DNA of 64,000 nucleotides from Ruditapes philippinarum (lineage: Eukaryota), in assembly GCF_026571515.1 (NCBI RefSeq), contig NW_026861101.1, positions 1 to 64,000 of the forward strand, read 5' to 3'. This document shows, one piece after another, positions 53,801 to 64,000 of the stretch (position 1 is the first letter of the stretch; every line of letters starts with the position of its first letter). The notes beneath the pieces are model-generated. The model saw only the letters and a program-made list of their open reading frames with translations, was not told the origin of the DNA and searched no databases. The position numbers and the translations under genes are program-made.

Positions 53801-56800
53801 CGCTGTATAAAACGTATGGCAAAGATTTACCGGTCGGTCGTGGTCTGCATTGGAAAATATAGATGATAACTCGCCTTTTTAATGCTTTATTACAGATAAT
53901 TTATTTTAGCGGTGTTAGTATACTTTTGTGCACAAAAGTGTTATGCATTTACATTTAGCATTTACCTTCAACAGAATACATATTGGTTAAATATTGTAGG
54001 AAGGTTTATAAACACAGACTCGAATGCGTTTTTGAAACAAAACAGTACTAAGCAGTGAGAGTAAAGTTTCTTTCTCAAGCCACAAGATTTGCTCTTAAAG
54101 TAAAGAACGGTAATCAATACAAAACGATAAATGAAACCTGTCATAAAATCAAAGGGCTGCCACTCTATGGTATTTTCTGATCTTTGCAATCTAAATCATA
54201 CTGACTATCTGTATGTACTTTCCTGTATAAGTTTATTTTTATATACTATAATTCATCTTACGCAGCGACAGCGTTTTGATTTTCTTCTATAACAGTTTGA
54301 GATTTACATATGGAATTTTGCATGAAAAATATAGAATTGCCTCGACTAGGATTTGAACCATAGGCTTCTCACACCCTCAACGAGACCGCTTACCTCTGCA
54401 CCACGGCGAAGTTATACATATGAACCTTGAATAAAAACATTACATTATGTAATTCTAAATTGAGAATTTCCATTTCGTGTTTGTAATCCTTATTAATTTC
54501 GAGGTATTTTGTTCACGATAAACGTGTTGTTTTACACTGATGAAAATAATTTATCGAAAATCTTTTCGCCAAAACAGTCTGACATGTATATATTCCACTA
54601 CTCGACAGTCAGATTTATTTGTGTACTACGCTCTGGAGTATTCGGTAATCGGCATAGCTAAAAATAGCATTGTCATTGATTAAAATGATATTCATGATAA
54701 TCCGAAGCTTTGCGGAAATAGCCGAACATTTTTCATTGGGTAAAAAAGATATTCATCCGCGAAATTTGTGATTGTAACCTCATATTTCTATTGACTAATC
54801 TAAACTTTTAATGCACTGTAATTCGTTAAATGCCTACATTAAAAATTATTCTTTCTTTTAAATTGCTGGTTTTTAAGCAGTTTTGAGTGAGAACTACTTT
54901 GCGTTGTTAGGACTGTTAGGAAATTTTGTGTAAGACCGTGGATGTTAGCTATGTATTTACTGATCTTACGATCAGAAAATACAAAAACTGTATGTCTGTA
55001 TGTGCACCGTCTATATTTATTTGTGTCAAATACATTGTAATAGAAGACTAGCTACCGGCAGTCAACGTCAATAACAAATATGACAAATGACGGTTTTGAT
55101 AAAGTTGCGCAAATAAGGAAACCGTAAAATGCAAATTTAATTCGCATTACCGCTTTAAACTTTAATGGACAAAATCATATATAATAGCTTTGTTACAATA
55201 GAGCATATCATTGCGAAAGTAATGTCATTGTGGGAAGGGAAATGTATGTTGAAACACCTACATTCATTTAACCTTTTAACTGTGACATTTAAACACGGGG
55301 GAGAAACTGTTCGACGAAGGATGGAGTTCTTATGATAATGTGTTATGAATTCTTATGATTGCTGTCACGGAGTTCCTCGAAAACGTTACAGATTTTTTAT
55401 ATTGGAGAAACACGTGTACAAAATATTATTTTTTAAACTTTAAATGGAGAGTTTGAGGTGCTACATTAAACTTTGATGATAAAGCTTGCCTTACATATTT
55501 CATTATGTGTCAGAAAAAAATCTATAGTCCATTACATCGCCTCTTGTTTAAAATCTGGTTGTTTCGAAAATTTTCAAATTACTTGCTTAATCGTACATTT
55601 TTTTTATTTGTAATCGTCTTCGTTGCCATACTTTATTACCTTATTATATATGACCATGATAATCATTAAAATACTTATCCATATGTACAAAATGAATACT
55701 ATGTACGTTGTCATTTTTACAGTAAAAAATAAATTCTTCTGTCAATGATGGGCATTCCCCCTATATATTCCTAGTTGTGTAAATTCTGCTACTTTTGCTG
55801 TAATTGATATGAAAATGTAGAGTCGAACTTCTTTCACTCGAACCCGTAGGGCAGTGCAAAATTGTTGAGGAGATCGGACGTGAGAGCCAACTGTGGTATA
55901 ATTTGTTTTAACGTGTATAAAAATATCATACATTTCGGGTGCATAGCTGTGAAGGTTATCTTGGCTAAATACTTGTTTATTATGGTATAAAATGATACAA
56001 ATTACTTAGCCGCTACTATAGGAAAGTCCAACTATATATTGTCTGCTTAAGAAAGGCAATTGCTTAAAGCATGTGTTACTTAGAAAAAAGTGTAAGCTTT
56101 TCAACATCTTTGCATTTTTCATTTATACGCCAACCTACCACATACTAACTTAACGATGTCATCATAATACAATGTATAGATATGCATGTGTATTATGAGA
56201 TATATATTCCTGTCTTCACAAGAAGAATGTAGTTACTGTAAATTCAGCGTTTACATTTGAAAGGAAACTTAAATCATAAAACTATAGTCGACGAACAGTA
56301 GACACAGAAAAGACATTAAGTGCATATGTTCGGTTTTATGTCAATATCAATTCGCATAAGTTTAATTAGAAAATTTACTTTTGAACTAAAAAAACTCAAA
56401 TTCAACACGATATAACCAATTGTTCTGGTAAGGATGAGCGTATAACGTTTCATTATGATTTACACATTTATTAAATAATAAAATATGCTAAAACGTGCCG
56501 TAACTAAGCATAAGAAACACATCGGCAGTAGCAAAGGTTGTCTAAGAAAGGTAGGACATTTTCAGAGTTATCACAAGAACTCTGTGACATTTGTAAAGTA
56601 GGGCATGAATTTGTTAGTGGGGGCTTTTAGCAACTTTCCATTATAATTAGGTTATTTAATATGGCAACGATGAATGTTGCAAACGGACAGGTCAGTGCGT
56701 ACAAATGAGCATATAATTTTGAGTTTTTACTCCAAAGTACCAAATTTCAAGCAAGAGGCGATGGAAAAATGGACTTAAAAGCTTTTTCTGACACAAAATA

Positions 56801-59800
56801 CAATATGAAAAGCAAGCTGAATAATCAAAGTTTAAATAAGCATTACAATCTCCCTTTTTAAAGATAAAATTACAATTTTTAACGAGTGTTTCTTTGGTAT
56901 ATAATAAAAATTCCGAAGAAATCCGTCACGTTTCTCCAGAACTCCAGAACAGTTATTATATGCATTACTGGCGAGTTATCATAAGAACTTCAACCTTCGT
57001 GTTACAGTTCATCCCCCGTGTTTAAGAGCAATATCGTATTATACTCTATAAAAAATATTTTGTATCAATCACTTTTTTCCCCAACATTTTTTCCTATAAA
57101 TATTTCATTTTCATCTTTTTTGTGTTTGGAAAGCTGAAAACAAATGAATTTAACATTTCTTTACTGAGATTATATTTGTTTGCCATATTATACCTGTCAT
57201 GGCGTCAAGATAAATTATTTTTGACTTGAATTTATAAGATATTTATTAAAATTTATATATGGAATGGTTATGCAGATCTAAAGAATAGAGTGTCAGATAT
57301 AACTTATTTATTGTATTGCAGTCTATTTTATTATGACTGACACATATTGATGTGTTTTATTTCCGTAATGTTTCATCAATTATTTCTTATGTCTAAAAGC
57401 ATCCTTGTTTTTTCAGGGGATGTTGATTTGTTAAATTATAAATAATATGATTAAATAATTTAGCGACTTTATATATATATCAGAAATTGACATCATAAAA
57501 ACTAATNNNNNNNNNNNNNNNNNNNNNNNNNNNNNNNNNNNNNNNNNNNNNNNNNNNNNNNNNNNNNNNNNNNNNNNNNNNNNNNNNNNNNNNNNNNNNN
57601 NNNNNNNNNNNNNNNNNNNNNNNNNNNNNNNNNNTTTTCATTTCATCGATTATTTCTCATATCGCTTTCTGCTATATAATATACACAACATACTAAGACC
57701 ATTCTCAGCCATTTAATATAATCTTTTATAGCAAGAATTTAAGAGGTTTTCAAAGAAAGTTACTATTTTCAATATTGTTATCGATATTTGGTACCACAAA
57801 TCAATCACAAACGCACGGTTAACATGTGCATCATTTATTATATGACTTATATGAAACTTATGTATTGCTATAAACCTTGTTGTGTACATGATATGGACCT
57901 CTTGATGATAAATCTCTAATTAAAACTGTATAAATTATTTACAAATCAAATGCATTCTATAAAAAGCGAAATCCCTTCACTAACAACCGCTGGCAAAAAA
58001 TAATGTTTTCTAGTACACGTGTACGGAATGGGAATACGAATTGATTTGTAGCTGTCATCTAGTACGTCCGCACCATTGCAAGGAAAGTCCATGCCACTGT
58101 TGTTTACGTTCTCTAATTTGCTGTCATCAATACATGAAATGTCATACAGGAGTAGCGATCATCTTTAGCCAATGCATAACAAAAGAGTTATGACTCAAAT
58201 TATAGACGAGGTGAACTCTAATGGAACGTGATCATTTCATAAAAAAACTTTTTTGTTTTAGAATTTGCGATTAGGGAATGTTTGCCAGATGGTACATGGA
58301 AACCAAACTTTGAAGAAACAAACAGTTCTACAGTTGGTTGGACCAATTATACAAGATGCCTTAGCACAAACCACAAACCTCAGCTTCCAATAGACAAACA
58401 TGTACGTATATTAACTATAAAGACATTTATTTATTCAAATAACGATCACTGTTTCCTGTTTGAAACGTTTTAAGGCACACAACACACACAGTGATAGTCC
58501 TATCCAACACTGATTTCTTTTACCGCCATTACGAAATGTTGTCTTTTCTTGCTGAATACGCTCATTCACCAGGATATTTAGTACAAACAAAAGGGAAGTT
58601 GTTCTGTAACAATCTATGTCATTGTAATGACGGGCATGTTGTTTTTGACTATTATTTAATGTGTCAAAATAGTTTTTCATCTACGGCGAGCCCAGTATAT
58701 AAGACATGTTGCTAGCCTGTCGGTCATCTAAACGCTACAAATCATTTTGAATCACCAAATGTCTTTTTCTCAAAACGGTGTGTAATGGTAACTAACATCA
58801 GAACATAAAGGGGCATACGTGGACTTCCACACAATCGGGTAATAAAATATATCATTCGTGACGTTTTATAAGGTCTCTGATTTAAGGTACATGAATTTAT
58901 AATGTTAACATAGCTCAATTGAAGCACTAAAATGGAAACCTGCAATTAATGATAAAGAATTGTATTCATAATAAGACTAATAATTAATATGTTTGTGCAA
59001 TTCAAGGCTAATTTACGTGCATCGCTTTTCAAATTTACTTATTTTAAACAATAACAATGATTGTTCTATTTAAACGGGGAGATAGAATGAATTTGCACAC
59101 AAGTTATTGGTTTCGGTCGATATAAAAAGTACACAGATCTTGGTGAAATATTTCAATGTCAATGTCATATCGTAGCGCAATGGTACATTATGTACATGTA
59201 CATATTTTAACAGCTGATTTTTCGTTCTGGTCATATAAGTTTACAACCCTGTTTACTGGGCCCCAATATGACCTCAACCAAACATTAAAAAGTCTAAAGT
59301 AATAGCTACTTATGGATTTAAAGAAAAGAAGTCTTCAAAAGATGTTTATAATGTTACTTTATTTTATTTACTTTTATTATAGAATCATCTACCACGTATA
59401 CAACTGATGTCAGAGATAGGCTACGGAATATCATTGGCATCACTTATCGTCGCTGTTACAATTATGATAGCTTCAAAGTAAGAATTTTGTTGTTCTTTAC
59501 ATTTTTGTGTCATATTAATATTATACATGTAATTATTAAAATTTAGTTTAGTTTAAACATATTTTATTGCAAATAATTTACAAATGATGAGTATAAAAAA
59601 AAGCAAATGGGTTTGGCAAATAAGATTTTGCCTTTTTACAAGTATGAATATCACATTACCTTTTGTATTTTTGACTTGAAAAAAAAACATGCTAAATATT
59701 ACATTTGTCTTTTTTATTTCAGAAGGCTTCACTGCAAAAGTAACGTGCTTCATATTAACCTATTTTGTGCATTTATTCTACGGGCTTCTGTTTCATTTCT

Positions 59801-62800
59801 AAAATCCCTTATCTTTGTTGACGATATTGGCCTAGAAAAAGATATCATTCGTAATCCAGGAGGGACAGTGGTATTTAAAAATGACGGACTGGTAATCTTG
59901 ATAATTATATATTTTTTAATTTATTTTTGATAATACAATACGTTATTATTTGTATATTTATATTGATTATACATTGTATTTATTTTTTAGGTAAAAATGG
60001 TTTTATTTTCATATTTACTGTAATACACAAACCTACTGGCAATATAGCAGAATTCTATTTGCTCATTAATGATTAAATTCATGCTCGATGTGAAATTGTT
60101 TCGCGAAAAGAGCAATTCAAATGATTTCTATGAATGTTACGTTATACATTTTTCACGATTGGCCAACGGACCGTTATCGTATGACTACGTTGTTTTGCCC
60201 CGTTTTCATATTTTGTCTATATATTTAATATGCAAATAGATTATTTGACTCTTGTTGCACCTATAAAAATCAATGTCTACTTTAAAATTTATAAGCATAA
60301 TTTATATTGTTTATTTTTCTACTGGAAACCCGATGTTAATAATGTATTCAAGACAACTGTTTCGGAAAAGCCTATACCAAGACCTTTGTAAACATACATT
60401 TTAAAAGCACATAAAGTTTCATGTTGTTTTTTGGGTTTTTTTTTTTTGTCTTTTTTTTAAAAAAAAAGCGGCAACATCTGTTTTGTTACGTCACATATCT
60501 AAATATAGGGCATCAACAGTGATGTTGTTGCCTAATAACAAACACTTTCGGTTTTTCTATGTTCAATAGGGGAAAATGCGGATCGTGTTTGAATAAGGAT
60601 TAATATAACTTTAATTTACATTCTAATCGCCTGACGCACATAGTGTCGGGTGATAAATAATTTGTAATTTCTTATAAATGAGAACAAAAGGATGTTTTGA
60701 CTTCCAAACCAAATACTAAATAACTATAACTATAATATTAACTGCCAAAGAGTAGTGGAAGTAATAGATGACTCAACTATTTGCCAATGAGTTTTGGACT
60801 TGGCTGTAACATTCCATCAAAATAAATTAAAAATAAAAAATTGAAAATTGAAAATAATACCTTTTAAGTCTTGTTTTTGTGAGGCTTTTAACTAAAACGT
60901 TTATAAATTTATATAATGATTTCTTCTTGAGCGATACATACTTTTTTATACATGTACTAATTTACCAAATTAACTTTTTTTATTCATTTTAGCACTGGGA
61001 GTGTAAGTTGATTGTTAGTATATTTATGTACGCGGTTGCTACAAGTATAATGTGGATCTTGATGGAGGGACTATATCTACATATGCTTGTATACAAAACA
61101 CTATTTACAGAGAGACATGGTACACGCTTATATGTGTTATTCGGTTGGTGTAAGTAATTTAGTTTTCTAGCAGTGAATTTATAGAAAAACAATTATATTT
61201 TAGTTCCAAAACATCTGAAATCATATAGGTGTCTTAAACGATGTAGTTGTTTAAATTCATTTAATTGTGTAAATAGGTCAACTATGTAGTTACACGTTGT
61301 ATATATTTACAAATTGTAAATATAAACGTACTATAGTATGTTACATGTTTAGATAATTTTAAAACTTCTAAACTCACGCTAGCAACTTCAGAAAGCTATT
61401 TTCAATGAGTAAAACACATAAATGAATAAAAGGTATTAGATATTTTCCTTCTGATTTCATGTTTTCAGTTTCATCGTTAACCTATGTTATACCTTGGATT
61501 CTAGTGCGAATGTTCAAAGAAAATGAGTTGTAAGTTTTATTAGATTTTGTTTAAATGTAATAATTGTTTTTTTGTCTTCAATTATCTTAACATATAGTTG
61601 GACAATTATCTTTTACATTATGAATGCAAAGATTTTCAAATGGTTTAATTTTGTTAAAAATCATAAAGTATCAATTGAATATATTGGAGATTGTGTGCTT
61701 ATAACTAATTTTCTTGGACCGGTATTGAATGAAATTTATAAAATGGCTTCCTTTATTGTGATGATAATTTTGATATGTTAAAAATTGTTTATATTGCTAG
61801 ATGTTGGAATCGACAGAAAGCGGACGGCTATTTCTGGATTATTAAAGCCCCTATGCATCTTTCCATTCTTGTAAGTTACATAAAGCTTTAAAAACATTTT
61901 TTTGCTTTTAAATAAATTGATTATATAGAGAATATTCGAGTGTTTTTTTTTCAATAATACACGATTTATTTTCATCGAGTGGTTCTGAAAATAAATACTT
62001 CATGAGTGGCGGTAACCACGAGTGAAATATGATAATTTTCATATCACAGGATGAAAAGTAAATCCTTTATTTATAGATAAAAAAAGAATTTTCTGTTTAT
62101 TATACATTTTTTCTCTTTCTTGACATTTTGGAAGACTTTTGCTTAAATTTTGTATTTTGGTGAAACTTAAAAAAGTAGCCCGGTAATGACAACAGTGAAA
62201 ATATGTTTCACTGCAGTGAAAAAAAATTAATGGTGAAAATACGGAAAATGAAAATACACATTTTATTTCATAAATATTTTTCAATACTTCATATATAAGT
62301 TTATAATAAATTGGTTACATCCACATTTTGTTCCTGGCATCACTGTTAAAATTCAGTACCGTTGCAGACTTCCACTGTAAGATTATACATGATTCAAAAT
62401 GCAAATCTGTCAATAAGTTTTAACACGTTATAGATAAAACACGACAACGCTCACATTTCTTTCAACGTAAGCATACACAAAAATGCATTTTGTCATGAAT
62501 TTAAATGTGAAATATCTATACACTATGTATTTTATAAGATAACAAGCATTCTACTTTTTTCGTGCCTTTACATTCCGCAATTCTTGTTATGTTTAAATTA
62601 AATTTTAGGTTCTTTTTGCGGGTATGGAATATATACATTATAGAAATTCATGTCATTCTTAAATTAATGACGTGAAGAATAAAAAGAATAGCACAGAAAC
62701 TCAAATAGTATTTGAAACGGGAAAACGATATCTTATCTCTCATTCCATAATAAATTATTGCATGTCACTAAAGTGACCTCAAGAAATTGTTATGCCAAAA

Positions 62801-63332
62801 AGGTTCATATACTTCATATAAGTTTAACTTTATTTAAAGAAAAATGTTTACACGGTATATGATCATTTCTGTTGATACCTTGTTATGATTTTGTCTTAAT
62901 TTAGTTTTATTGTGTATTTCATATCCCTTTTGTGTAATTTGTTTATATTTAATATGCAATCATTTGACATTGATGTTATAGTTGCGATATAATTATTGAT
63001 ATTTAATATATCTTTAATTTCTCAGAACAGGTGGTACACATCATTGCCTGTTTAAACATTATGTCTTGCATTTGGATACATATTGCAGTTTTAAGCTGTG
63101 TACGTTTGAAATGATACATGGCCTTTTCACATGAATATAGGGACATTTATAAAGATTGGTTTTCGGTGAAAATTTAACACAATATTATAAAATACACCTC
63201 ATGAATACAATGTATTGTTTGTCATTGAATCTCATTTCAGGTCAATTTTCTATTTTTCATCAATATTGTACGAGTGCTTTGTGTGAAGTCAAAGATAAGC
63301 CGGCACGTAAGAAATGATACACAACATTTGAG
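50809..63332 (+). CDS. Class B1 (secretin-family) GPCR, PTH-receptor-like; partial spliced gene, 9 exons in window, 5' exon not found, 3' exons beyond window
   Basis: Nine AG..GT-bounded exons join with compatible phases and no stops. Product has hormone-receptor domain motifs (CNATWDGAMCWDYTPAG, RECLPDGTW, GWTNYTRC), TM1 GYGISL, RLHC..N.LHINLF, HWECK, WILMEGLYLH, TM5 VNFLFFINIVRVL. The window ends on the next acceptor (tttcag at 64000). The PTHR-like subfamily call is less certain than class B1. Confidence 0.93.
51823..51933 (+). CDS. Class B GPCR exon (GLYCNATWDGAMCWDYTPAGSPAIKPCAEYIPSFKPS)
   Basis: AG/GT ends, 111 nt, phase 1/1, CxxxWDxxxCW motif. Confidence 0.95.
53160..53630. repeat. 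Two diverged ~210-bp repeat units (HINE-core-like) in a GPCR intron
   Basis: aaagggaggtaataaata..taaaatt.aaa.cattgact at ~53325 and ~53535, followed by attactaataa.tacttttt in both. Confidence 0.5.
55289..57025. mobile_element. 1.74-kb long-TIR foldback DNA element, TTAA-flanked, in a GPCR intron
   Basis: TTAAACACGGGGGA.. at both ends inverted; imperfect complementarity traceable for ~360 bp (55289-55650 vs 56640-57025). Confidence 0.8.
57507..57633. other. Assembly gap (127 N)
   Basis: Run of N. Confidence 1.
58262..58401 (+). CDS. Class B GPCR exon (EFAIRECLPDGTW...GWTNYTRC...DKH)
   Basis: ttttag acceptor, gtacgt donor, 140 nt, phase 1/0; overlaps ORF 58282..58473. Confidence 0.95.
59383..59477 (+). 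CDS. Class B GPCR exon, TM1 (NHLPRIQLMSEIGYGISLASLIVAVTIMIASK)
   Basis: tag acceptor, gtaag donor, 95 nt, phase 0/2. Confidence 0.95.
59723..59891 (+). CDS. Class B GPCR exon, ICL1-TM2-ECL1 (RLHCKSNVLHINLFCAFILRA...NDGL)
   Basis: tttcag acceptor, gtaat donor, 169 nt, phase 2/0; within ORF 59607..59930. Confidence 0.95.
60993..61149 (+). CDS. Class B GPCR exon, TM3-ICL2-TM4 start (HWECKL...WILMEGLYLH...LFGW)
   Basis: ttttag acceptor, gtaagt donor, 157 nt, phase 0/1. Confidence 0.96.
61469..61529 (+). CDS. Class B GPCR exon, TM4 (FSSLTYVIPWILVRMFKENEL)
   Basis: ttttcag acceptor, gtaagt donor, 61 nt, phase 1/2. Confidence 0.93.
61801..61870 (+). CDS. Class B GPCR exon, ECL2-TM5 (CWNRQKADGYFWIIKAPMHLSIL)
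   Basis: tag acceptor, gtaagt donor, 70 nt, phase 2/0, conserved CW. Confidence 0.94.
61950..62290. mobile_element. Hairpin-bearing interspersed repeat (possibly Crypton-like non-autonomous) in a GPCR intron
   Basis: ttcatgagtgg.cggtaa.ccacgagtgaa hairpin with flanking inverted arms (ttttcatc..gatgaaaa) and gtgaaaat repeats. Confidence 0.45.
63241..63332 (+). CDS. Class B GPCR exon, TM5-ICL3 (VNFLFFINIVRVLCVKSKISRHVRNDTQHLR)
   Basis: tttcag acceptor, gtaaaa donor, 92 nt, phase 0/2. Confidence 0.94.
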
Positions 63333-64000
63333 GTAAAAATATTTGAATATGGTTTAGTTCCCCCTATAAGAAAATTATAAAAGATAACAACTATTCGGCC
63401 TCTAGTACTGCCGTCTATGTTCTCGATATCTTTATCAACTTATCCAATATATTCCAAAAAAAGCACACTCAATATCACTTGATTTATTTAGACACCTTTG
63501 CTTGTAACGACTCTGTAAGTATTTATGTAAAGCAATATTTGAGGACGTTGTTTTAATATGATACCAATCTCAATACTTCAGTTCACTTCTTATTTATTTT
63601 AGTTAGAGTAAATTAATGAATACTTAATGTTATCAGTTGTATTTAGTAGTTTGTTTCTCCTTGTTTCATTCCTATATATAAATTTTATTTTTCTGTAATA
63701 AAATTAATCTTATTTTTTCTTTTTATCATTTCTTGATATAAATGGGTTTTTTAATATTTCATCTGAAAATTGTTATTCTTTTTATTGTAAATCGTGTCAT
63801 AAGAGTTTTGCTGCTTTTAATTTTCTTATTTCATAAGATATTGTTATTATATTATCTATAAAACAAGCTATGGTCCGGGTTTCGTTTTGAGTAATACAAA
63901 ACATTCTAATGATATAGCACTTATTCTTATAACTATAAATTAATTACTATTTTAGTACAAGAAAATAATGCGTTAAAATTGAAATAATTCTGTATTTCAG

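Noticed and set aside
63307-63312. Alternative GTAAGA donor within the last exon
   Set aside because: It would give phase 0. The canonical class B intron here is phase 2, matching the donor at 63333. It cannot be tested without the next exon or RNA data.

Overview
AT-rich animal genomic DNA with two N gaps. The repeat families resemble those I associate with bivalve molluscs, probably a venerid clam (inference). (1) 50.8-64 kb, + strand: nine spliced exons of an intact class B1 (secretin-family, PTH-receptor-like) GPCR, from the hormone-binding domain to ICL3. Its first exon was not found, and the gene continues past the window, which ends on an acceptor AG. (2) About 0.4-12.9 kb and 21.5-45.5 kb look non-coding in the ORF track. 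Hand translation of the + strand shows many decayed, apparently intronless, back-to-back modules of leucine-rich repeat, Cys-Cys hinge and partial rhodopsin-type 7TM (GRL101/LGR-like), roughly one per kb. A new LRR block often starts directly after TM4 or TM6. The array was re-amplified as mosaic multi-kb tandem duplications after it had acquired stops. (3) Many transposable elements: a 7.36-kb PIF/Harbinger element (29-bp TIRs, CAG TSD) nested in a 145-bp-repeat HINE-type element, a 2.6-kb TIR element, MITEs, SINEs (one with a 15-bp TSD and an empty paralogous site) and a long-TIR foldback in a GPCR intron. All calls come from manual reading. Nothing was searched against databases, and boundaries of decayed features are approximate.
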